The position numbers and the translations under genes are program-made. Below, in pieces: positions 46,088 through 56,093 of a stretch of DNA of 64,000 bases. The first letter of the stretch is position 1. Each line of letters opens with the position of its first letter. The notes below the pieces were generated by a model. That model had not been told where the DNA came from, did no database searches, and was given only the letters and a program-made list of their open reading frames with translations. The stretch covers positions 18,716-82,715 of IMG/VR virus record IMGVR_UViG_3300044837_000097; one strand, written 5' to 3'. Origin of the DNA: a virus.

Positions 46088-46433
46088 TGTGTTTCTCGAT
46101 GTATCGAATACGGTTCGACGGAAAGGTCAGGCCAACTTCACTGGCGTACAATGCGTGGTCAGCGCGCTCCATCGTAACGTCGTAAGGAATGTAACCCATC
46201 TTCACGTAGCCGTGCTTTTTGTCATACCACCCGGTGCTGAACGCGAAGCGATAACTAAAATCTGCATGAAAGAATCCCATCGGGTACTCGGCAGTCCCCG
46301 CTTCTATCTGGTTCTCCACCAGCGGGGTAGATGCGATGAACCCCTCCAAACCGCACTCCAAGAGGTGCGAATACTCGTTGACGAGTTCTCGCAAACTCTC
46401 GGGGCGCGCAACACTATGGAAGTGCCAGTTCAT
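46074..46433 (-). CDS. Hypothetical protein
   Basis: 119 aa, coupled. Confidence 0.55.
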   Translation of the reverse strand: MNWHFHSVARPESLRELVNEYSHLLECGLEGFIASTPLVENQIEAGTAEYPMGFFHADFSYRFAFSTGWYDKKHGYVKMGYIPYDVTMERADHALYASEVGLTFPSNRIRYIEKHSVIE

Positions 46434-46636
46434 GCCTTGATGACGATGACTGCGGCTGCTGGGATGTCGGCTTTGCCGATGTTGCCGTTGTCGCTCGACC
46501 AGATAACAGTGATAAGACCCTTGAACGTGTCAGCGCCCACCACCGTCAGTCTGCGTTCCGAGCGGCCAGCATCGCTGCGAAGTTGCACGACGCTACCAAT
46601 TCCGATTGTTACCTGTGCCTCTGGTTTGTTCTTCAT
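46430..46636 (-). CDS. Small YodC/DUF2158-like protein
   Basis: IGSVVQLRS...LTV...VIW. Confidence 0.5.
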   Translation of the reverse strand: MKNKPEAQVTIGIGSVVQLRSDAGRSERRLTVVGADTFKGLITVIWSSDNGNIGKADIPAAAVIVIKA

Positions 46637-47391
46637 GCTAGGTTCCTCCCTAGTTTCAATCCGCGATTAACGCGGCGCGACTGGTCTTGACGGCGGCGTC
46701 CACCGCGCGATGACAAGCGGCGCTCTTTACGAATCTGACGTGCCGCGATAACGCGAGCGCGCTGCAAGTCTTCTTGAAAATCCTTCTGCACCAGCGCCTG
46801 CACTTCCGGTGTCAATTCTTTGAACTTGTCCGAGGTCTCGTCCAACAAGTAGAAGCCGATTGTATTGAAGACCACGCGGGTACGTTCGATAAACTGCAAC
46901 TTGATTTTCGACGGGTGCGGATGGAAACGTTTCTTGGCGAACTGCGCGGCTCCCAAAACTTGCTTCAATGTCGGCGTCGAGTCCGGGTGAATTGCTGTTC
47001 TCAAATCGGGTACAAGCGTAACCGATTCGGGTACACCCTTCTCTTCATCAACCGGGACAACTTCTTCTCGAAACTGCTCATATTTTCGCCCATCCTTGTC
47101 CTTCAACGTGTGCGTGAATTTCTGCTCACACTTCGTTGTCGGGTCGAACTCAAACTGGCGGTGGCGAAAGCCGTGAACTTGGCAGTTCACCATCTTCCCG
47201 AGTTCCGGGTGACGACCAGAGAATGACTTGCCGCGCAACTCCGCTGTTGCGGCTGCTGCTTGCTCCGTGGTCAACGTAGTCTTGAACACTGGCTCCGCTT
47301 CCGGCACAGGCTGAATCTCAGAGGACGCCAGCACTTGCTCCCTGATTTCTTCCAGCGATGGCAACTTTACGTTGTCGTTCTGTTCGCTCAT
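46633..47391 (-). CDS. Hypothetical protein with basic C-terminus
   Basis: Likely start MSEQND after GGAAGGA. Confidence 0.65.
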   Translation of the reverse strand: MSEQNDNVKLPSLEEIREQVLASSEIQPVPEAEPVFKTTLTTEQAAAATAELRGKSFSGRHPELGKMVNCQVHGFRHRQFEFDPTTKCEQKFTHTLKDKDGRKYEQFREEVVPVDEEKGVPESVTLVPDLRTAIHPDSTPTLKQVLGAAQFAKKRFHPHPSKIKLQFIERTRVVFNTIGFYLLDETSDKFKELTPEVQALVQKDFQEDLQRARVIAARQIRKERRLSSRGGRRRQDQSRRVNRGLKLGRNLA

Positions 47392-47434
47392 ATCGTGAAT
47401 CCTTCCGGGATTGTCCCTAGTTCTTGAGAGAACT

Positions 47435-47482
47435 TCATATTGCTCTCCCAAAGTCGTATCATATTGCTCTCCCAAAGTCGTA
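47435..47482. repeat. Perfect 24-bp tandem duplication
   Basis: TCATATTGCTCTCCCAAAGTCGTA occurs twice. Confidence 0.95.
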
Positions 47483-48055
47483 ATTGCGCCCTTCGCCTGT
47501 CTTCGGACTGTCCGCTGGTTCTATGCCGATTGCGTAAACCTTTGTCCCTGCCGGAACTTCACAACGGGTGCACTTGAACTCTTTGCGATGAGTGCACTTT
47601 GCAGGTCCGGGATACGCGCGTGCCTCCAACGTTAGCAACCCATACTCTTCAATTCTCGCTGCGGCCTTCGGGTCTTGGTCCACGTACGCATACTCGATGT
47701 GCTCGCTTTCAATCGTCGGGACTTTCGGGGTCGAGACATTTTTGCTTCGGTGACGGACCAGCACGATGTCGTACTTGTAGGTGTCCCAAGTTCGGGCGAC
47801 TTCAACCATCTTCGTGCCGTTGCACTTCGCGCAGTTCTTAACCTCGGTGCTGCCGTTGCACATATCGCAGCGAACCGATTCTTTACCGCGCTCTCGGGCT
47901 ACCACAACCCAAAGGGCCTCGCCGCACTTGACCAACTCGTCGGCTTCTTGATAATCAATCGTCTTGCGGCATCGGCAAAATTTCGCTGGTGGTTCCGCCT
48001 TTCCTAGTGCGACCAGTTCCTGCTGTTGGCAGGAGTGGACCTTCGATATGTTCAT
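47459..48055 (-). CDS. Zn-finger protein (DnaJ-type CxxCxG)
   Basis: CDMCNG...CAKCNG. Confidence 0.65.
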   Translation of the reverse strand: MNISKVHSCQQQELVALGKAEPPAKFCRCRKTIDYQEADELVKCGEALWVVVARERGKESVRCDMCNGSTEVKNCAKCNGTKMVEVARTWDTYKYDIVLVRHRSKNVSTPKVPTIESEHIEYAYVDQDPKAAARIEEYGLLTLEARAYPGPAKCTHRKEFKCTRCEVPAGTKVYAIGIEPADSPKTGEGRNYDFGRAI

Positions 48056-48104
48056 TCTTTTCTCCGATTCCCTCGGGGTGTCTTCACGAGGGGTTCCGGT
48101 TATG

Positions 48105-48617
48105 TCAGGCGTTCTTTATCTTACGCTCTTTGCCATCCATTCTGCGGCCCTCTCGGGCGTAGTTCAAGCTGCGCAGAATCATCAAAACAACGTTGGGGGT
48201 CAGGCCCATTTCCTTAGCCACTTGGGTGTACGTCATGCCCATGCGGTGGTACAAGTAGCAGACTCGAATCCAGCGTGCCGCCTTACGCGCTTGAACCGGG
48301 TGGGTACGCGCCTCGGGGAACGCTTTCAACACGGTATTTCGGAGTTCCGCATCGTCCATCGTCCAGTCAGGTGCTGTGCGACCCTCGGTGCGGACCTTCG
48401 TTACTTGGTACGAACTCATGAAAGCGTCGTTTGTGTCCAGTTTCTGTCTTAGTCGCGCGGTGTCTTTCTTGTTTCCCGTGACTTTGGAAATTTCGATGAT
48501 GTCCGGTTGAACGGTTTCGTCATTCGAGTTGTCGGTCATCGATTGATAAACGCCGAGTCCGTATTTCTTTAACTGACGCTCCCAGTAAGCCGGGTCTGTA
48601 TTATTGAGGTTCGCCAT
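48105..48617 (-). CDS. HTH DNA-binding protein (sigma region 4-like)
   Basis: YLYHRMGMTYTQVAKEMGLTPNVV; SD GAGGA. Confidence 0.6.
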   Translation of the reverse strand: MANLNNTDPAYWERQLKKYGLGVYQSMTDNSNDETVQPDIIEISKVTGNKKDTARLRQKLDTNDAFMSSYQVTKVRTEGRTAPDWTMDDAELRNTVLKAFPEARTHPVQARKAARWIRVCYLYHRMGMTYTQVAKEMGLTPNVVLMILRSLNYAREGRRMDGKERKIKNA

Positions 48618-49806
48618 CTGTGTCCTCTTCCGCGAACAAGTCAACGTCCTCGTCCGACTTTGTAAAGTTAGATTCTTTGAACTGCTTGTCGTTCAACACA
48701 AACGCGCGGAAGTACGGGTCCGAGCGGTCATCATGAGGATAACGAACTCCAAAGGTGTTGGGGTACGAGTTGCTTAATCGCGCATTCACAATACGCATAA
48801 TCTGCGTTTGCGCAATCTTGCCTGCGTCTTCCGCCGACTCGATGCTGACGTAGCCCGCGTTGAACTGCAAGCGTTGTTTCGTCACTGCCTCCTCGCTTGC
48901 CCACGTTCCGTTCTCTTCCAGCCAGTCGTCGCGGCGCTGCTTGGCCTCTTTCGTCTGTTCCGTCTTGCCGTTCTTCTGGCCTTGCACACGGTTCATCTCT
49001 TCCACCATGAAGTCGTTCGGAAGCAACCACAGTCCGTCGTCGTCCACGCCTGCGACTATTGCCTCTTGTCCGGCCTTCATGAACCCGGCGTCTTCCAGCA
49101 ATGTCACCGAATAGCCCTTCTGAATCGAGAGCGCCTTCTTTACAAACCAGAGAAGGGCCACGTCCCTGTACCCAGATAACCACGAGTAACGTCGTAGCTG
49201 CGTATCATGCGCTGCGATGCCATACTGCTCGGGAAAATCATTCCCTGCGGTTTTGATGTCAACGATGATGGGTCGAAAGACTCCGTATTCTGGCTTCCAA
49301 TTGAGTCTTGGGAGCAGCGGATGGGCAGGGTCAGTGAAGCTGACAATATCGAGTTTACCCACGTCTTCAATCTCGCCATAAACTGGGTCATTGGGGAAAA
49401 CCTCCTTCGCGTATTCGCGTTGAAAAACTACTTGTCCGCCAAGCGGGATGGGGAGACTCGGTTGACGCAATGCGTACAACTTCATCCAGTCGGTGCCGAT
49501 GCGCGCGCACGTCGCCCAATCCTTCTCAACTCTTGTGTATTGCAATTCCTTTACTTCTCGGAACGGCTCCCACTTCGACAAGAAGTGAGCAATAGCAGCA
49601 TCGCGGTCTCCCCAGTTCTCGTGATAGAACTGGACGGCATCTTCAAACGCCTTGCCGAACTCAAAGCGAGCGCGCAGATTCTTTTCTTTCCAGCCCATCA
49701 CCTTTTGTAGGTAGTATTTGTATGGGCACTGGTCGAAAGTATTGCCTGCCGAGTAGCTATGCTTGCGCCACGGTTTTCCTTTCGTATTTATGTATAAAAA
49801 ACCCAT
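48601..49806 (-). CDS. PD-(D/E)XK nuclease (AddB/Cas4-like)
   Basis: SYS...CPYKYY, GKLD, IVDIKT, QLRRY. Confidence 0.85.
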   Translation of the reverse strand: MGFLYINTKGKPWRKHSYSAGNTFDQCPYKYYLQKVMGWKEKNLRARFEFGKAFEDAVQFYHENWGDRDAAIAHFLSKWEPFREVKELQYTRVEKDWATCARIGTDWMKLYALRQPSLPIPLGGQVVFQREYAKEVFPNDPVYGEIEDVGKLDIVSFTDPAHPLLPRLNWKPEYGVFRPIIVDIKTAGNDFPEQYGIAAHDTQLRRYSWLSGYRDVALLWFVKKALSIQKGYSVTLLEDAGFMKAGQEAIVAGVDDDGLWLLPNDFMVEEMNRVQGQKNGKTEQTKEAKQRRDDWLEENGTWASEEAVTKQRLQFNAGYVSIESAEDAGKIAQTQIMRIVNARLSNSYPNTFGVRYPHDDRSDPYFRAFVLNDKQFKESNFTKSDEDVDLFAEEDTDGEPQ

Positions 49807-50256
49807 TATCGATTCTCCTGCTTTCTTCGTTTTTGAATCTTTTTTAAGACGGGAGAAAGAAGCATCATTTCACCGTAATTAAGATGTTTATTTTTGGTAT
49901 AATTACAGAGCTTACAACAAGGAACCACGTTTTTACTTTCGTGTTTTAGGTTGTCGTCTTTTCTATCAAGATTAAATCCAGTTGGTGACAAAGGACCAGA
50001 GCAGTAGTGGCACTCGTTCTTTTCTAATAGCTTTTTGTAAAAACCAAAACCCCAAATAACGCCTGACTTTTTTATTTTCTCTTTTTGTAAAACAGCAACG
50101 AGACGCTTGAAACGGTCTTCAATTGTGCGCGGGTGCCGTTTGTAATATTCTCTCTGCCATATCTTTGTACTCTTTCTTGTGACTTTCTCGATACGCTTTG
50201 GACGCCGCTTTTCTTTTCTCGCGATTCTTTCTATAATATTTTTGTCCGTATGTCAT
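49806..50256 (-). pseudogene. Frameshifted HNH homing endonuclease
   Basis: ATG 50256 gives MTYGQKYYRKNREK...; the nuclease half (CHYC...LDRKD...NVVPCCKLCNYTK) is in the +1 frame. Confidence 0.7.
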
Positions 50257-53200
50257 GCTTGGCTCTCGTTATCAAATTCTTCGATTTCTTCTCTAAAATC
50301 ATTTAAAAACTGACTATGATTCTCCGTAAAACTTATCTGTAATTCATCTGCCGCCCTAGAGCACCCGACGAAGAAAATTCTTCTTTCTTCGTTTAATTCT
50401 CCGTCTTTGTGAGGGAGAATCCCCTGATTACATCCGACCAAATACACGTACCGCCACTCTCTTCCTTTTGCAGCATGAATTGTCGCCAGAGTTAAAATAG
50501 GCGCGTCTTTTTTACGACGGGCGTGTGTTATTTTTCTTAGCCATTCTAAAAACTCAGGCACTGTTAATGGCTCACCTGTTGCTTTATTTTTTCTTCCTGC
50601 TAATCGCACAAAATCGTTCAAATTCTCGACTGGGTCTTTCTCCATCGGATTCGCCTTGGTGTTGTGGTAGCGGTGGACCAGATTGTGCTCTTTGATTAGC
50701 TCCTGCATCACGATGGCTGCCGGACGTGGGTCAATAATTTGTTCCTTGGTCAAATCGATGAGGTGCTTGACCTCGTTCTCCTGCCACACGTTTCGTTTGC
50801 CGAGAATCTCGGCGCGCATGTTGCGACTCATGGCGCGGCGCTGCACTAGTTGAAGCTGGCGGTTGGTGCGGGCCAGAATCGCGGTATCGTCTGTGATGCC
50901 CCGGTCCGCAATATCGTTCAAGATTTCGTTCGCCTCTTCGTCTTCGCCCCAATACTTGATAAAAGACGGCGACTCACCCGGCTGGCGGGCGGACTTCATG
51001 TGGCTGGCGAGACCGTTGTCCACTGGGAGAATCGCTTTGAAGAACTCTACAAGTGCTTGAGTGCTTCTGTAATTTGTGCCAAGATATAGTGTTTTTGCTC
51101 CGGGGAAAGTGCGAGCAAAGTTTGAGAGATTTCCGGCTTGAGCAGAACGCCACTCGTAAATACAATTCCCAACCGGAATACCGTCAGCGATGTATGTGTG
51201 GTCTTTCTCTACCTCTAATGAGTAGACTGGCCCGTGATAGTCCACTTTACTAACTTTGCTAACTACGGCACTCTTATAATTCTCTTCTGTTGGTAAATCC
51301 ATCAATCCTTCGAGTATGTTTGTCGCTGCCGTTTTGAAATACCCGTGGAACTTCGTCAAGCCTTTCTCTTTTTTATCCCAAGATACTAGCGGGTGGTCAA
51401 ATTCCAACCCTTTGTCTTGGAGAAGACGAAGACCTCCATAACTGGAAACCGAACTAAAAATTCTTTTTGCATCCGGGTCTTGAAAGACGCGTTCTGGGAT
51501 TTGATATTTTAGCGAATAAATTTCTTCTCTGGTTCTTGCCTCTTTTCCTGATTTAACAACATCAAGAATCCACATCCTGTCTGCTTGCTCCTGATAGCCT
51601 CTGTGAGATATTTGATTGGAACCGCAAGCAGTTCGTAGAGTGCTGGTACCAACCCGATACCCGAGGTCTTTTCGCCACATTAAGTATACGAAATGGGTTT
51701 TCTTTTTAAGTGCTTCGCGGTTGAACTTAACCCACAAAAAGTGGTTCGGTGTGACTCTGGTAGTGTTTCCGTTGGATTGAATCTCCAACAAGTTACCATC
51801 ATAGTGGCGCACAGCGCGGCGGAAGCGGCGACCCGCCCCCAAACGAATTCTTTTACCGTGAGGGTCCCACGACACTAGCTTATCGTTTGTCTCGCTCAAC
51901 TCTTCAATCGCTACTTTCTCTACATGCGACTCGATGCGTCCTCGTCTCGGAGATACCAACACATCCACAAGAGTTCCGGGAGGCTGGCACTGATTCTCAT
52001 CCCCAACGACAAAGATATTTCCATTGTACAGAAGTTGGAGAAGACGGAATTGCGTGGTGTCAGTATCCTGACACTCATCGACTGCGATATATTTACGTTT
52101 GGCGCGTTCTCTGACAGCCTCGTTTGTTTCCAATAGCGCGACGGCTTCCTTCACGAGCGAATCGAAGTCGAGCCAGCCTTGCTCTCTCATCTTCTTTTCG
52201 TAGTCGCGGTAAGCTAGCGCGTAAAAGTATTCCATTCCGGCGCTGTGCGTCTCCAACAGCGCGCGTTCCGGCGAAATGTTTTCAGCTTTCCACTCCCCTA
52301 TGCGGTCTGCGAGTCCGTGGTAAGACGTGATAGGCGGGTAACTCTTTAGCAGGTCCTTCATCAACATATACTGCTCCCCTCGAACGGGGATGACGGTGTC
52401 GATGGTCTTGAAAGGCAGGTACTGGCGCTCTTTCTTCAACAGGTCGAGACAGAAAGAGTGAAAAGTACGGAAGACCTTCTCAGCGTTCAACAAGCCGACG
52501 CGCTCCACCATTTCGGTAGCCGCCGCGTTCGTGAAGGTGAGGTTGAGGATGTCTCGGTCAGGAATGCCCCGCGTTCTCATGCGGAGGTAACGCTCCACGA
52601 GCACGCGGGTATTATGAGTTACGGTAAAATCCCCTAATAAGAATAATCCGTCTCCTGTTATTTCGAACCCGTAATACTTTCCTACGCCAAGAGACGAAAC
52701 CTTAAATCCTGTTTTAAGTACACTTTTGATTTGACGGCGAGGAGCAGCTATTTTTCTTTTTATCTTTGTCGGAACTTTGGATAAATCTCCTGAAATAGAA
52801 ACACGAAAATAACGCCCTGAGAAGTTTCTTTTCTTGATACCTTTTAAAGACGGAGATACATAAGCAGCTAAACCCAAAGAACGACATAAAAAAGCAACAT
52901 CTTCCGCAAGTTGAGCGCTTTTCGATATAAAATCAAATCCTCCGCGAGAATAGTGCCCATCGCCGTCCAAAAGTCCCGCCAATAACTGTAGTTGATGGTA
53001 TTTCCCTGTTATCTTGAAGTCGTTTGGAATAAATTTTGTTGAGCACTTTTCTTTCTTAAAATATCTCTTCATCTTCTCTCTGATGCGCTCATTTGATAGT
53101 TTCCAACGGGGGCAAAAATTCTCTCTTTTTTCAATATTCTCTGTAGGTCCTAATGTTTTTAAATAGTCTACTATCTCAAAATCCGCCGATGTTATATTAA

Positions 53201-53693
53201 GAGAATCTAATCTCGAATCTCCATCTGCGAGCCAAAGACCTAGAAAATATGAATCAAAGGGCGGCGCTATTTTAAAAGGCCAAATAACAGGAGAACGCCA
53301 CAATTTTGCCTTTGCTTGAAAACGTTTTCCTTTTTTAAGGTAATCGAAAATAGGTATTTCTACTTTCTCTCGGCCCTCGTACCTTTTTCCACTCATAGAA
53401 AGAGCTAGAATATGAGAGCAATTGCAGGTCCAAGACATTCCTTTAATTGGCGTGATTACATACATTTCTTCTTCGCCGGAAGTTACGCTCAATACGCGCC
53501 TTGGTTGAGAGTCAGGACCAATTAAAAGGTCCCCAACCATCACCTTTTCAACGGGTTTAATAGAGCCATCGAACATAAGTACGGGAGTGCCTATGCCCAG
53601 ACATTTGCCTGAACCGGGTCCGGCAATTATGACGAAGTCGCCTTCGAGTGCATTGACCCCGGCGAGCTGTTCGGGATTGAGAGGGAGGCTCAC
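50253..53693 (-). CDS. uvrD: UvrD/PcrA superfamily 1 helicase with two inteins (540-aa extein)
   Basis: AGPGSGK|T, LTFTNAAA, TFHS, VDECQD, VGDENQ|CIYEWR, NYRS, TIHAAKGREW, EERRIFFVGCSRA. Confidence 0.93.
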   Translation of the reverse strand: MSLPLNPEQLAGVNALEGDFVIIAGPGSGKCLGIGTPVLMFDGSIKPVEKVMVGDLLIGPDSQPRRVLSVTSGEEEMYVITPIKGMSWTCNCSHILALSMSGKRYEGREKVEIPIFDYLKKGKRFQAKAKLWRSPVIWPFKIAPPFDSYFLGLWLADGDSRLDSLNITSADFEIVDYLKTLGPTENIEKRENFCPRWKLSNERIREKMKRYFKKEKCSTKFIPNDFKITGKYHQLQLLAGLLDGDGHYSRGGFDFISKSAQLAEDVAFLCRSLGLAAYVSPSLKGIKKRNFSGRYFRVSISGDLSKVPTKIKRKIAAPRRQIKSVLKTGFKVSSLGVGKYYGFEITGDGLFLLGDFTVTHNTRVLVERYLRMRTRGIPDRDILNLTFTNAAATEMVERVGLLNAEKVFRTFHSFCLDLLKKERQYLPFKTIDTVIPVRGEQYMLMKDLLKSYPPITSYHGLADRIGEWKAENISPERALLETHSAGMEYFYALAYRDYEKKMREQGWLDFDSLVKEAVALLETNEAVRERAKRKYIAVDECQDTDTTQFRLLQLLYNGNIFVVGDENQCQPPGTLVDVLVSPRRGRIESHVEKVAIEELSETNDKLVSWDPHGKRIRLGAGRRFRRAVRHYDGNLLEIQSNGNTTRVTPNHFLWVKFNREALKKKTHFVYLMWRKDLGYRVGTSTLRTACGSNQISHRGYQEQADRMWILDVVKSGKEARTREEIYSLKYQIPERVFQDPDAKRIFSSVSSYGGLRLLQDKGLEFDHPLVSWDKKEKGLTKFHGYFKTAATNILEGLMDLPTEENYKSAVVSKVSKVDYHGPVYSLEVEKDHTYIADGIPVGNCIYEWRSAQAGNLSNFARTFPGAKTLYLGTNYRSTQALVEFFKAILPVDNGLASHMKSARQPGESPSFIKYWGEDEEANEILNDIADRGITDDTAILARTNRQLQLVQRRAMSRNMRAEILGKRNVWQENEVKHLIDLTKEQIIDPRPAAIVMQELIKEHNLVHRYHNTKANPMEKDPVENLNDFVRLAGRKNKATGEPLTVPEFLEWLRKITHARRKKDAPILTLATIHAAKGREWRYVYLVGCNQGILPHKDGELNEERRIFFVGCSRAADELQISFTENHSQFLNDFREEIEEFDNESQA
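51165..51989 (-). mobile_element. Intein 2 (275 aa) in helicase motif III
   Basis: CQPPGTLV...VTPNH...VYSLEVEKDHTYIADGIPVGN|C. Confidence 0.9.
52611..53603 (-). mobile_element. Intein 1 (331 aa, LAGLIDADG) in Walker A
   Basis: CLGIGTPVLMFDG...LGLWLADG...LLAGLLDGDG...TVTHN|T. Confidence 0.92.
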
Positions 53694-53799
53694 TTAGTGT
53701 CGGCTGGGTGAACTAGACCCGGCTCACGGTCGGTGTAATAGTCGGCGTCTTCCACCGCAAGGTCAAAAAGATTACGACGCGTTAAATACAGTTGCTGCA

Positions 53800-55065
53800 T
53801 CACTTCACCCCCAAGGTGTCATTGACGTACTTGATGAGACCCTTCACTGTGTTCTTCGCCACAAAGGCATCGAACCACGCAATTGTCTCTTCCCACTGCG
53901 CGACGGTCATGTCTTGCGGAGGATTACCGGACATGTGAGTGATGAAGGCGCGCATCTTTTGCACGCTGCCCATCCCTTCGCTTGACGGCAACTCGGCGGT
54001 GAACACGCCGACCTTCTTGCGATACTCAGCCATCTGCTCTGCCGATGGGAGGCCCACGACCGGGGCTGCCGGGGCAGGAGGAGTTGCCTTCGGTGGCTCC
54101 GGCGCGGGCGCTTGCAGAGGCGTCGCGGGAACAGCGGCGGGAATCGTTTCAGCTTTGGCAACCTTAGCCGTTGAATTGACAACCTCTGGTTCCACTTCCA
54201 GCGACACGCTTTTACGGCTCTTGCGGGCACGCTTCGGTGCCGATATTTCTGCCGCTTCTATGTCCGTCTGTTTGTCCGTGGAAGTTACTGATTCCACAGG
54301 AGTTGAGGTGACCGGGGCTGCCTTCGTGTCCGCCTTCATTTCCGCTTCTTTGTCCGCTTGTCTTGCCGCTTGCTTTGTAGCGACCTGCGCCATCGCGGCG
54401 TCAATCTGGTCCTGCTGGCCGACGAACGGCTCTCCTAAAGGCTCTGGGTGCGTTTCATTGGCATTTGTGGTGGCATCGCGCTCCACAGACTTTCCCGGGG
54501 CATTGTTGGCCGGAACGGTGGGCACGGCGTACATCGGCGGAAGCGGGTTGGCCGCGAGTTGAGCGGAGCCTGCCGGGTTCGGGGCGTGGCCGAGCAAGGA
54601 GACGACTTCCGATTCGTCTAAAATTCCGAGGGTGGTGAATTGCATCGTGAGACGGCGCAGCGCGCGGGTGCTGGCGGTCATGATGGCATCATCCAATTCC
54701 TTGCCGGATAAGTTGCCTAGAAATTTCGAGCCGATTGCGATTTCGTGTCTGCCCCTCTTGCCATGCCCGTCGTTGTCGGTGTGGCCCTTAGCTGTAAACA
54801 CGATGCTGCCATTCACCGATTCATGCGTCAGTGAATCGACCTCAATGCCTAGCTTGTTGCGTAGAATCTCGGCGGTGCCACGGCGGGCGTACACAACGAG
54901 GGAGCGGCCCGGTCCAGTCTCGTTGTTCATATAGATGGTGTCGAGGCCATTCAAATCCGGGTCCAGCCCGATGAACTCGCTTACATCTCTCAAATACTGG
55001 ACCAACTCTTCCTTGCTCAATTGGTCGAGATTGTGTTTCACTGCAAAGGGATTTTTTGTTGCCAT
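53800..55065 (-). CDS. Single-strand annealing/recombination protein (putative)
   Basis: GLDP...YARRG...MTASTRALRR N-terminal domain plus Pro/Ala linker; start MATKNP after GAGGA. Confidence 0.55.
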   Translation of the reverse strand: MATKNPFAVKHNLDQLSKEELVQYLRDVSEFIGLDPDLNGLDTIYMNNETGPGRSLVVYARRGTAEILRNKLGIEVDSLTHESVNGSIVFTAKGHTDNDGHGKRGRHEIAIGSKFLGNLSGKELDDAIMTASTRALRRLTMQFTTLGILDESEVVSLLGHAPNPAGSAQLAANPLPPMYAVPTVPANNAPGKSVERDATTNANETHPEPLGEPFVGQQDQIDAAMAQVATKQAARQADKEAEMKADTKAAPVTSTPVESVTSTDKQTDIEAAEISAPKRARKSRKSVSLEVEPEVVNSTAKVAKAETIPAAVPATPLQAPAPEPPKATPPAPAAPVVGLPSAEQMAEYRKKVGVFTAELPSSEGMGSVQKMRAFITHMSGNPPQDMTVAQWEETIAWFDAFVAKNTVKGLIKYVNDTLGVK

Positions 55066-55084
55066 GTTTTCCTCGCGATTGTCA

Positions 55085-55113
55085 ATAGTACCAAAGTACC
55101 GCTGATTTGTCAA
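55085..55113 (-). promoter_or_regulatory. Sigma70-type promoter
   Basis: TTGACA, 17-nt spacer, TACTAT. Confidence 0.7.
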
Positions 55114-55294
55114 GAACTTTATGCGGACCCGTTGGCCACGCCCTCTGCGCGGCGATTGGCCTTGTACTCGTTGCACTTCGCGCAACGCTTCGTCCCCACC
55201 ACAACGGGGCGGGTCTTGTTAAGGCATCGCATACAGCGTATCGTCCCGGACTCTCGAATCCATCGGCGGCGGTAGCTGGTCGGAAGTATCAGGG

Positions 55295-55525
55295 TCACTG
55301 CAAATCTTTCTCCGGGGTCTGACAATATATGCAGTGGCGCTCACCAACCCCAGTATAAATGACGACGTGACGCATCAGCTTACCTTTCACAGTAACGCAA
55401 GCGCGCTTCAAGTTGTGCGGGCCTCCCTTGTTAAGAGAGCAACTGGTGTAGACGGCGCACCAGTTTCCGGGCTGCCCACAGCTACCACATTTAATCAACG
55501 AATCGGACGACTTCGAGTTTGACAC
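55295..55525 (-). CDS. Small Cys-rich protein
   Basis: CGSC...CIYC. Confidence 0.45.
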   Translation of the reverse strand: MSNSKSSDSLIKCGSCGQPGNWCAVYTSCSLNKGGPHNLKRACVTVKGKLMRHVVIYTGVGERHCIYCQTPEKDLQ

Positions 55526-55892
55526 GCTCCACTCCCCACTTTTTCAAGTCGATGCGGCGCGCTACGCGCTCGCTCACATCAATTTCACGGCCTTCTTCGT
55601 ACGGTCCACGGTCCACCACTTTTGCGAACTCGCTGTGCCCGGTGCGCGTGTTGGTAATACGTAGCCACGTTCCGCAAGGCAACACGGGATGCGCGGCGTA
55701 CAATCGTTCTGCGTCGTACTTGATGCCGCACGCTGTCTTCTTTCCATTCCAGTAGCTGCCGTACCACGAAGACTGCCCGTACCACGGCTTAGAATACTTA
55801 GCCTTGATTGCCGCGTTAGTCGGTGCTTCCGCCTTCAACGTCAAGAGCGGGAGCACCGCGAGCACGGTCAAAATTGCGAGTAATTTCCTCAT
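55491..55892 (-). CDS. RlpA-like (DPBB) exported lytic transglycosylase
   Basis: Signal peptide; SWYG...TACG...AAHPVLPCGT...VVDRGPY...IDVS. Confidence 0.88.
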   Translation of the reverse strand: MRKLLAILTVLAVLPLLTLKAEAPTNAAIKAKYSKPWYGQSSWYGSYWNGKKTACGIKYDAERLYAAHPVLPCGTWLRITNTRTGHSEFAKVVDRGPYEEGREIDVSERVARRIDLKKWGVERVKLEVVRFVD

Positions 55893-55898
55893 TGAAAG

Positions 55899-55927
55899 AG
55901 AGTATCACACCCCCCGGGGTTTGTCAA
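55899..55927 (-). promoter_or_regulatory. Promoter for a leaderless RlpA-like mRNA
   Basis: TTGACA, 17-nt spacer, TACTCT, then 6 nt, then ATG. Confidence 0.65.
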
Positions 55928-56093
55928 AGGTCGGTCTCCCAGAAGCGGACATGGTTCGCCGCACCCCAGTCGATTTCCGCTTGCGGGTAGCCGTCGCGGA
56001 GCAAGGTCTGGTCCAACGCCTCGTGCGGTAATGGCTTGTACGGTTTCGGAAAGCCATAGCGCCAGCCGGACGGCGGGTCGTAAATTGTGGTCA

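Noticed and set aside
48601-49806. Cas4 as part of a CRISPR system
   Set aside because: No array or other cas genes; the context (SSAP, UvrD) indicates a recombination nuclease.
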